Of a stretch of DNA of 64,000 bases, positions 54,201 through 64,000 are shown in pieces. Each line of letters begins with the position of its first letter. Position 1 is the first letter of the stretch. A program made the position numbers and the translations under genes. Location of the stretch: the NCBI GenBank assembly GCA_964035545.1, contig OZ037767.1:11914581-11978580 (forward strand). Reading direction: 5' to 3'. Under the pieces are notes generated by a model that did not search any database, was not told where the DNA came from, and saw only the letters and a program-made list of their open reading frames with translations. Source of the DNA: Bugula neritina (taxonomy: Eukaryota; Animalia; Bryozoa).

Positions 54201-57200
54201 ATGCTGGTTCATGTTGCAAACTCTACAGATCTAATTGTTCTGCATGCTTTCAACATCAACATATCTAAGGTAATGTATGGTATCTAATGGAGTTCTAGAA
54301 ACTGTTAGTGGATCTCCCTAATCTAGGGGTGGATGACATGGTTCACATAGTAGGGGGAGTGTTCTGCAGTTCTGTCATCTTTCTCGGGCACTTAACTTAG
54401 AAAGGGCAGGCCAGCTGCTTTATTCACATCAAATTTTATTGCCTAAATTTTATTAAATTAAATTGAAAGGCTGGTACTAATTGCCTCTCTTAGTAAATTC
54501 TACCATTAACCACTTACAGCTTTAATAATTTTATTAAATTTTGGCACCATAATATAGTGCTATATATTATGTATAGCATGTATAAATATGTGTAAATAGC
54601 ACTATATTTCCTGTGTAGTATGTATGTAAGGGCCTTTTGTAATGCATGCAGTTAGTGTAAGTAAATAGTAATCCAAGTTAAGAAAATGCATTCATAAACT
54701 AGTTATAATTAACTTGTCAACCCTTTGTCATTAATATTTGACCATATTTGTTTTCCATAGAATTAGTGTCCTGTTATGAACTGCATTATGTTGGCAAATA
54801 CATCTTGTAAACTTATCAGTTTAAGTAGCTATATAAATACTTGTAAGCTGCACGGCATGTTTTAATAGATCAAGTGCTAGAGCCATGAGTAGTGCAGCTG
54901 TTTTGTAGAACTAGTAGAGCCAATCAGGTTATACAGTATTGAGCTATTCTTAACAATATCTTTGCATTTTAATAGAATAGAATAGTTTAAGTTTTCATTT
55001 CTATATAGAATTTATTAACTGCACTATATTTTTGTACAGGATATATAAATAGCATTCTGTTCTTTCAGGTTGAAATACTTTCACCTTCCAGTCCTACTGA
55101 TTCAGAATTGTCTGGCTATGAAACCTATGATGAGTTACAGCAACTGCAAATATCTTTGAAAAAGCCTCTAGACACAGGGAGTAACTTTACGCTTCGAATC
55201 TCTTTCAGCACAACATTGCGGGAAGACTTGCATGGTTTTTATAGAAGTGTATACACCAGTCCACCTAATGTGTAAGTTACAGAATGCTCTGTGATATGGG
55301 AGAAACTTTCAAGGGTTATCTCATTATTATTTCTTTCAGTTTAGCAAATCAACAGTTAATGTTTAACTTTCCATCATACAAAGTAGACTTCCTTAATCAT
55401 TGTGCAGCTCTTTATCAATATGACAGGGAAAATTATGCCATGCTTGCTCTTCAGTGCTGACATATAATACACTGATATATAATACACTGATATGTAATAC
55501 ACTGATATACAGTACACTGATATACAATACACTGATATATACGATGTGTTTGCAGTAAGAAGGCCATGGCTGTTACACAGTTTGAAGCTACACATGCTCG
55601 CAAAGCCTTTCCCTGTTTTGACGAGCCTGATTTCAAGGCTAGATTCAGGTTGACTGTTACTAGACCTTCTCATTGTCACACTCTCTTCAACTCGCCCCTC
55701 AATAAGACTGTAGATGAAGGGAATGGACTTGAGACTGATACATTTGAGTAAGTCTATACATACATGCATACTGTATATGCTATATATGCGTACATACATA
55801 CACATACCTACTATGCATACATACATACATATGTACATACACACACATACTATACACACGTACATACATACATACAAGTATACATGCATGCATGAACTAA
55901 TTAATAAATTTAAAGAGATTTCAACTCTAAAGTTTTTGATTTTGATGAGTGTTCAAACTCGTACTTTGTAACTAATAGCTATGTACACTTTATATGTACA
56001 CTTTTTATGTACACATTCTATCTACACATTCTATCTATATCTTCCGGTAACTGCCCAGTGTTCACTGTATTGTCTACACTACAGTAGACTATCCCATTGT
56101 GTACTAGTTTCCTATATACAACAGTTACACACTATTATATATTATACAATCATGACTCTTGCAGGTACTCTCCTAAGATGAGCTCATATCTGGTAGCCAT
56201 AGTAGTGAGTGAGTTGAGTCACACTCAGCCTCTCCTTATTCATAGTGCTCTAAATGCCAGTCAAACTATCGAAGTGAGTTAACATAGTGCATATATTGTA
56301 ATTATATTATATAATATAGTCCATACTGTCACAGTTCATAGTATTTACCTAGTTTAGTATCCCTAATCTGTCTAGTTCTAGTCTCTACACTAATGCACAC
56401 TTACTATTGAGTTTGTACCTGCTACATATAGCTCTATAATCTAACTACTCTTTCATCTCGCCTATGCCCATGTATAGTTTTTTGGATGTTTGCAGCATAC
56501 AATAGAGTTGTTAGTTATTACTGCATAAATCAGATGATATTGACAACTGTATGATGTCAGGTTCTGTATATGCGTGCTCGCGAGTGTGTGTGTGTGTGAG
56601 CGCGTAGATTTACAAATAGATATATAGTTTTTAACCTTCAACCAAGTGCAGTCTCTTCAGCATAAGTTTAGAACATGCAACTAACACAACGTAAAACCAT
56701 GTGCTTAAGTTGCTTCTCTCTCATGTTTTCCAGATAACTTTGTACGGAAGGGAGAATCAGCTCAGCCAGCTGGAGTTCGCTAAGAATGTCACGGCAGAAG
56801 TCATTAAAGTGTTTGAACAATTCTTTCAAGTTGCTTACCCGCTGCCTAAGCTGGGTAAGATGGACACCCTCTCATTCCTTCAACATATTATATAACATAC
56901 TCTGTAGAAAAGTAAAGCTTAGTACATTGTGGGTTGCGTTGTAGATATCGTTGCTATACCAGACTTTGAGAATGGGGCAATTGAGAACTGGGGACTCATA
57001 ACATTCAGAGAAAGTGCCCTTCTTTATGATCCCACCTTGTCATCAACCAATCAGCAGCAGTGGGTGACAGAAGTGGTGGCACACGAGCTAGCGCATCAGG
57101 TGGGCAAGTTTATGAACTGCTCACCCAACTCTTGTTAGTCATCAGTTGGTGAATTGCTGAGACCCTGCTGTCGGTGTTGTAGCCGTCTGTTTCTATCTTA

Positions 57201-58257
57201 CTCGATATGACTCATCTTCAGTAGAACTCGTGCTGTTGTAGAAACCTCTTCACTCAGTCCTAATCGTGTAGCCTTTGTCAATGTACTCCATAATATTATT
57301 AAATTATATAATCTAATGATTATATGTAATAATGGTTGTATGAAAAGTATGATGTTAGTAATAGTATAATATGTTGTGTATCACTTCATTCTGACAATTT
57401 CTTTGTTGGTGATCGAAGGGTGTGATGTGTAGGGAGACATTCACGTCCATGATATTCTATCAGTACAATAATAACTGCCGACATGCTCTCTCCAGTGGTT
57501 TGGAAACTATGTTACTATGAAGTAGTGCCACTTACAGTGCCCATAGAGCTAGTAGCTCACCTGTATATCTGCATGTTTGTATTTTCTGCAGTGGTTTGGA
57601 AACTACGTTACTATGAAGTGGTGGAATGAAGTCTGGCTGAATGAAGGATTTGCCACTTTTGTCGGGGAAATGATCGGCACTAAAACATTTGCTAAGAACC
57701 AAGGATATGATTGGCCAGTTGTGAGTACAATATAGTCGCCTGTATTACACTTACTCATAGATCAGCTATAATTTGCTCTTGTTTCTCAACATTCTGTTCT
57801 CTTCATAGACTGAGAACTTCATCCTTGCTATAGCTCAGGCTATGGCAGTTGATGGACTGCTGAGTAGCCACCCACTATCTCAATATTTTATAGTTATAAT
57901 GTGCTTTTGTTGCTGGAGTTTATTTAGGCGAAGAGTTCACAGTCATGAGCATTGCATGCTCTAAATTTCAAATATTTCCATTCTTTATGAAGCAGTAAAT
58001 TCATTGCCTGAATACTTTATAACCCCAGATTCGCTGAACAGGCCATTTTATGCAGCGGAACGTATCTCACCCCATCCTATGTTGTACATTGGTTTGAGTG
58101 TTTATTTAGAGGCGGTTTGTGTCATTAAAAGACAATTTGCAAAGAGGTTTTCAACCCACACCTCTAACCAAAATTCTTTGATACAATTGAAGACTTGGGG
58201 CTACTAAAATCTTTCTGCTATTGCGCTAAATGCTAATTTATCACTGGTTAATATGTT

Positions 58258-58304
<47 letters not shown>

Positions 58305-59250
58305 GAGAGCTGAAAGTGTTGAAAATGAGTGACTACTTCAAATAAGGAAGACTCAACATTACTCTCTTCTGTATGCTTATAATCAACTCTTCTAGGAAGA
58401 AAACTTCCTCCTTTCCGTAACCTCTGCAGCTCGTGTGGACTCCCTGCACAATAGTCACGCTCTTTCCAGATCAGCGGAGTCGGTCGAGTCTCCGTCTGTG
58501 ATAGACTCCATGTTTGACAGTATTTCATATACTAAGGTGTGTGATACAGTCTACATATATTTGACTGTATTTCAATAAATCTTAGGAATTATATATATGA
58601 CAAGCTTAGTGGTGCTTATCATTATAATATAATTCATCATAATAAATGTTCAGTGATTGAGTTTTGAAGATTGTTTTAAGTTTCTAATGCTATATAATTT
58701 TGACACATATAAGAACAAAAAAAAAAGTGTTTGGCAATAACATATATATAGTATCGGTTAGCCATAGCCAACTCAATGACATATGTATTTCTCTATTGGG
58801 ATGATGCTTGTATGTCTGGTTGTCAATCAGTCTACAACTACGTCAGGAATTTATACTTGTGTTTCCTGTTGTTACTACGATGTGTTACTATTGTAACTAC
58901 TATGATGCGTTACTGTTGCTACTATTTTATAGTTTAGCTTCACAGCTTACTCATTATGTTGGTATATTCATAGCCTAAAATATTCCCCTGTATTTTTCTC
59001 TACATTCTGATAAACTAAAGACTGTTGTAATAACCAACACATCAGCCCTTTCTATACATATCCAGTGATCCTCCTGTCTAATATTACAATTTTACAAGGA
59101 GTTGTTGTTCACTGACAGGGTGCTGCTATATTACGGATGTTAGACTCGTTTGTTACTCGTAATGTTACACAAACTGCACTTCAAGACTACCTCAACACTC
59201 ACAAATATGGTAATGCTGAAGCAAGTGATCTCTGGGCTTCCTTTGACAAG
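51285..59250 (+). CDS. M1-family zinc aminopeptidase (aminopeptidase N/A-like type II membrane protein); 3' part beyond the window
   Basis: Exons 53318-53498 (TM), 53701-53866, 54131-54269, 55069-55271, 55556-55747, 56165-56273, 56734-56854, 56945-57099, 57592-57720, 58396-58536 and 59119-59250, plus tentative upstream exons 51285-51302 and 52600-52626. Motifs: [30 protein letters not shown]-x18-E (WLNEGFA), [16 protein letters not shown]. Confidence 0.93.
51409..51902. mobile_element. 494-bp TTAA-targeting MITE with ~180-bp TIRs (Kolobok-like)
   Basis: AGAATCCCTGACACACTTCTCAC... / ...GTGAGAAGTGTGTCAGAGATTCT, with TTAA at 51405-51408 and 51903-51906. Confidence 0.88.
52351..52540 (+). mobile_element. 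tRNA-derived SINE
   Basis: A-box-like tagcagtggtctaggggttaa and B-box-like gggttctgaaccc are followed by a SINE-type body ggccattggtgatgttaggaagagcatccggtcataattgctcc. A second copy lies at 27960. Confidence 0.7.
53955..54120. repeat. ~35-bp minisatellite ending at the aminopeptidase acceptor 54130
   Basis: agttataatacaataatactattttattctacat repeated ~5 times. Confidence 0.9.
55455..55540. repeat. 15-bp tandem repeat (tacactgatatataa) before acceptor 55555
   Basis: ~5-6 copies are visible. Confidence 0.9.
58262..58302. repeat. (TA)n microsatellite
   Basis: Directly visible. Confidence 0.95.
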
Positions 59251-60811
59251 GTAAGCTGCTCCTAATGTAGATATACTGAATCATCTAACAGTAGTATATG
59301 TGGAGCATACCGCCCCATCCCTGTTTTATGTTCCCATTACTCAAACCGAGGTAGTATTTTACTGGCATCTGGGAAAAACAAGTTACAGTTTAATTTTATT
59401 GTATGCTAGAATGATTGTTGCCGTAGGTAATAAGCTATATTCAAGGAATAATAGTATATAATATGTTTGAAAATGTTTACTCAATAATTTTTACCGAAAA
59501 CAATTCATGCACAGATTATGCATCATCATTTTGGGAACTTCCAAATGAAACCCTGTCAAGTTATTGGGGGGAACTCATTTAATGATCTCTTCTATGTGGT
59601 ATAAAGCATTCTGAACAAAAGAAAAAGAAAAACCTCTAGCTCGAAGCATTAAAAATATTGTGGGCAAGCCAAAGGTTTACTTTGAATTTGAATAACTTGA
59701 AACAAGCACATTTGATAAAAGTAAATTTTAGACAAAATTATTCTGTAATAGGCTTAATGCCATGCTAATCAAAATATTTCATTTAACGTCTTGGGGTATA
59801 AACACTGCCACCCAGTGATATCCTGGCTTTTCTGAAGTATGATAGTTGAATATTATTGAAAAAAAAAGAAAACTTGGTCTGCATAAATTTGTCTAGTGGG
59901 CGAACTTGATCAAATCTCTTTGACAAATACGATTCTTTGCTCGAAACTTCCAACAAGTGAAGAGCGTGCATGGATGTTGAAGCTTGCGCTGCCACTCAAG
60001 TCTCATCAATCTTAAGCTGCATGTACACATGCTGATTTTTTATTAAAATCGGCCGATAAACTGTCTGACGATTTTTTAGGATTTTTAATTTATCGGCCGG
60101 TTTTGCTTTTAGCCGATTTTTGAAGCGACATACAGAATTGAGCATGTTCAATTTTTCGCCGATTTTCTGTTGAACCAGCCAATCAAAAGGTGGCAAAAAA
60201 TCATGACAGCGAGCGAAATTGTTGAAATACAACCAGTAAGTAATTAATACGTTGCTATCACTACTATACGTCATTTATGAAATACAATTAATTAAAATAA
60301 CTATAAATAGCAATAGTAGTAATAACAACGCATTGGTTGTTGTGTAACTTTGAGAAAGTTAGTTTCACTTTCATGGAAAATCCTTAAATATTGCTCTGTT
60401 TTTAAATAGAAAATTAGTATTATTCTTAACTTTTACTAATGTATAATATAATTTATGACTTGTAGTTTATATGTTGTTTTTTATATTCATGTAACCAGTA
60501 TTAGTATAAATATCTCAACTTTACAATTTAAATATTTTCTTAGAGAACAGATTTGCTGTGATCTAGAATTTTCATTACCTATATAAACAATAACGCTTGA
60601 GTTGAACTTCTAGTTTTAAACTTATATCAACTTACATCAATGGTGACATCGCGCTAGACCGCCTAGTGGCATAAGGGGTGCGCCTTAGTTTTTGGTTATG
60701 GTTGAGCAGTAGAGTAATATTTTTTAACAGTGTATCAAATCTCATATTGCTTCAAAGAGGGTGTTTCAACCCATTCAGTATTTTGTCATAAGCTTTCTTT
60801 GTTTTTATGCA

Positions 60812-63224
60812 TTATTTCTTTAAATCCCGAATCGTGCGTAGGACGAAACTGTTGTAGAAGGAGTAACCAGTTGTGGAGATAGATCTAGGTTCATTTCTGG
60901 GCTGTGATCTGGTATGAATTGCTCCCTCAGTTTGTTTTATAACTTCGTCATAGGTACCGCAGAGTACGGGATGGGCATCTTCTTCCGCTATAATATTCAG
61001 CAGCAGTTTAATTCTGCTGTTTTGGCGTCTTTCACTAAGCAGTTCCAGTCGGAGCTCCTCTCTGGCTTCCGTAACGCCTCTTCTGCCTTTCAGGTCACTA
61101 ATCATTTTTCTCGCTAGCTTTCGCTTCATTCTAGGTTTCTTCATATTTGCTAGCTTCTCTTGCTCAAGTTGCAGTTTGACTGGTGTATTTGTAAGTATTT
61201 GGGATTTTGATTTTTTTCGATAGGTGTTGTGTTTTCGTGGCAGCGCTTTACTAAAAGGTCTGATTTCTTCTGTAGTAGGATGTTGTTTAGTGGTGATATG
61301 TACCTCACTTGTAGAAAAGCCATTTGGAGTAAGCCTGTGTGCTGATGGCTGTGATGTACTTGATCGGCCAGGTCCGGGACTGTTCAGCGGCTCACCAATG
61401 TTGGGATCAGGCCGATCTGTGACAGCTGATAGGAGAAACTCATCTTCTCCAAAAATATCCGGGTTAAATGGATAAATTCCTGCAACGAAAAATCCTGATG
61501 TTATGTTGCATGGTGTAAAAGCTTTTGGATAAGCATCCCTAAGAAGACCACCGACATCATTAATAGAGATAGTGCGACCAGGATGGTTCAACATCCATCT
61601 AGAACAGGCGTCCTTGTAATATCTTTTCAATGGGCCGTAAACAGACCTGTCCAGAGGTTGGAGCTTATGGCTGCAATGCGGGGGAAATGTGAGTAAAATC
61701 ACTCCATTTTCTTTCGCATAATTGATGGCTACAATTGACAAATGACTCATATGGTTGTCTAGTAGCAGAAAGGCAGGCTTTTCTAAAGAGCATCTAGTTG
61801 ACTCCACAAAGTGCTTCAACCACTGTTGAAATATCTCTTTGTTAACCCAACCAGATATTTGGGCTGTTCCAGTTGAGCCAGGTGGAGCCCCACTTAGCAT
61901 AGAATCTTTGAAGTGAACTCGTGGGAACACTATGAATGGCGGTATAGACCCACCCTGGGCATTAATACAACCCACAAGTGTAGTGAGAGTACCCCTTTCG
62001 GTCAACCTGCTTTAAGTTTTTTTTCGTCAGGATCTTTTCAGGCCTATGGACGGTGATCAAAGCAGTTTCATCCACGTTATATATATCACTGACTGAATCT
62101 ATATTTCTTGAGAACAGATTGAAGGTTCTCAAAAAAACGCTGATACATTGCTCTTGTTAAAACTCGGAGCCCAAGCAAGGTTTGTCGCCCCCGGTGTTCT
62201 AACCGATAAAGTGGGGTGAAGCTTTTTAAATTCATAGATCCAATCCTCTCCTGAAATAAAAGTTATAATCGGTAACCACTAGGTACAATTACCTAGCAAG
62301 TGGGAAGCATACATAAAGTATCTTGATTTATCTGCTTCCTAGTGGTAAAACGTAAATGATGACCATCAATTTACATTATATTGGTGAATAGCCTTATTCC
62401 CAACATTAATATTTGTGTTTATGTACCTGCACATGTTTCAAAATTTATATTCCAAACTTTGGTGTTAGAATTTATTCTTTCAAACTGTTCTCTTGTTCTT
62501 CAGTAAACACTTTTTAGTGACCATGTTGAGGTTGAAAAGATAATAATATGTTGCCATTGGGTGCATTCCTTCTTTTTGCGATAGCTCGATACAAGGTGGC
62601 TCTATGCATACCAATCATTGCAGAAGCTTTCCTAATGGACATAGTGTTGTTCACACATTCAACTGCGTCAGCAATGGTGGAATCATCTGGTCTAGTTCTT
62701 TTAGTTGGCTTTCTATTTCTCACCATAGTGCTACTGTACTAAAATTAGAATAGAAGTCTCACAATATAATGTTACAGACAATATTTTATATTTAGGGGGC
62801 TGATTGAGACATGTCTCAACCAGCCCCCCTCCAGTGCGTCTCAATCAGCCCCAATGGGTACTTTTGTGAACATGATGGTGCTATAAAAATTTGCATAGGT
62901 ATTTTATTTATATTAACACTAATATGCTTAATACTGACTTGTGAGAACATATTTACTTGAAAACTAGTGCACATTGCAAATATTTTAATAACAACACAAT
63001 TTATCAAAGTATTCAAAAATTTACGTTTTACCTAATAGAACAACTTTAACTCACCAATCCCTTGGACTTGCTCCTAGATTCCTAATTTCGAGATGGATGA
63101 CAAAGCATGGTGTTTCCTGTCACGTGACCAAAATATTTAGTTTCTAAAGAAAGACAATTTCAAAAAATTCAAAGTCTCAATGTGCCCCACTGTTCAATGT
63201 GCCCCCACCCCACCCACCCCCCCC
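60812..63224 (-). mobile_element. Decayed pogo-superfamily DNA transposon (HTH-psq + CENP-B-type HTH + DDE_1, DD35D)
   Basis: N-terminal HTH at 62726-62514 (MSIRKASAMIGMHRATLYR). Catalytic motifs are YNVDET, LLLDNHMSH and LQPLD, with 35 residues between the last two Asp. Frameshifts and stops are present. The 5' terminus at 63224 has TA, poly-G and repeated ggggcacattga motifs. No 3' TIR was found. Confidence 0.9.
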
Positions 63225-63229
63225 TATTT

Positions 63230-64000
63230 GCAGTTGTCAGTGTGTTCTAAGGTTATATTGTTCATAGTCTATTCAGGGACTAGTCTGCGGGCTTGAAAGG
63301 CAATGACTACATTTAGTAACATTAAAGCTCATTTCTCATCTGCCAGCCCACTCAGCTAGCAAATCCAGATTTGCCTGAAATCTCCTTTCATCCTCTGTGT
63401 TGTTTGCGACTTGATACATAAGGATATCATCAGCAAACAGCCCAACAGAGCAATCAACTTGGCTAGGAAGGTCATTTATATATACAAGAAATAGCACAGG
63501 GCCTAACGCCGATCCCTGTGGAACACGTAATGTCACAGGAAGAGAGCTAAATTTAGTACCATTGAGAATTACTGATTGTGATCTGTTACATAAAAAGTCA
63601 TGGATCCAGTCAGGTAGATAACTATCAACTTCTGAGATGGCTGCCAGTTTTGCCATCAACAGTGAATGCGGAACACGATCAAAAGCCTTTGATAAGTCGA
63701 GAACAGCGGCATGAACACTCGACTTTTTATCAGTAGCTGCTATAATCTCATGAAGAGTAGAACGTATTTAAGTTTCGCAAGTTATTTCTTGTCTGATTCC
63801 ATGCTGCCTTTTATGCAGCCAGCCATCAATCTTACCTAGAGAGTTTCTGAGCACAATATGCTCAAGCAGCATACAGAGAATACTTGTTAAGAAGATCGGT
63901 CGATAGTTTTTTGAGTCATGTTTACTTCCCTTTTTGAAAATCGGTGTAGCATGAGCAATCTTCCATTCAGATGGCAGTTTGCCATGTTTGAGGGATTTGT
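63230..64000 (-). mobile_element. Degenerate non-LTR retrotransposon (CR1/L2/Jockey-like LINE) reverse-transcriptase fragment
   Basis: NYRPIF, DLSKAFDRVPH, VPQGSALGPVLFLVYINDL and LFADD motifs, with stops and frameshifts. Confidence 0.9.

Noticed and set aside
59300-60800. Additional MITE(s) with aaaatcggccgataa palindromes
   Set aside because: Probably repeat-derived, but no termini or TSD could be defined

Overview
This is AT-rich, intron-containing animal genomic DNA, probably from a marine invertebrate (lophotrochozoan-like; inference only). Manual splicing of GT-AG exons recovers these features in order: the 5' end of a MIA/TANGO1-type SH3 secretory gene (- strand, runs off the left edge); a decayed coiled-coil reading frame split by a 3.7-kb palindromic Sola2-like element; a ~28-kb innate-immune cluster (PAN/Apple + C-type lectin, Toll-like receptor A, a fibrinogen-related pro-protein, and TLR B convergent with A); a complete 12-exon MED17; and an M1 (aminopeptidase N-like) peptidase running off the right edge, whose last visible intron holds a decayed pogo-type DD35D transposon and a LINE RT fragment. 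Five signals stand out. (1) The two TLRs have strongly diverged ectodomains and unalignable introns, yet ~96% identical TM/TIR sequence across three exons, which points to exon-restricted, possibly cDNA-templated, gene conversion. (2) Two duplicated exon pieces sit at the aminopeptidase active site: an in-frame 'poison' acceptor and a diverged truncated sister exon. (3) The Sola2 element is a whole-element foldback with an identity gradient. (4) Tracts with 6-bp periodicity occur near housekeeping-gene 5' ends. (5) A 9-bp combinatorial satellite rich in branch-point consensus abuts a MED17 acceptor. All homology calls come from remembered motifs, not database searches.
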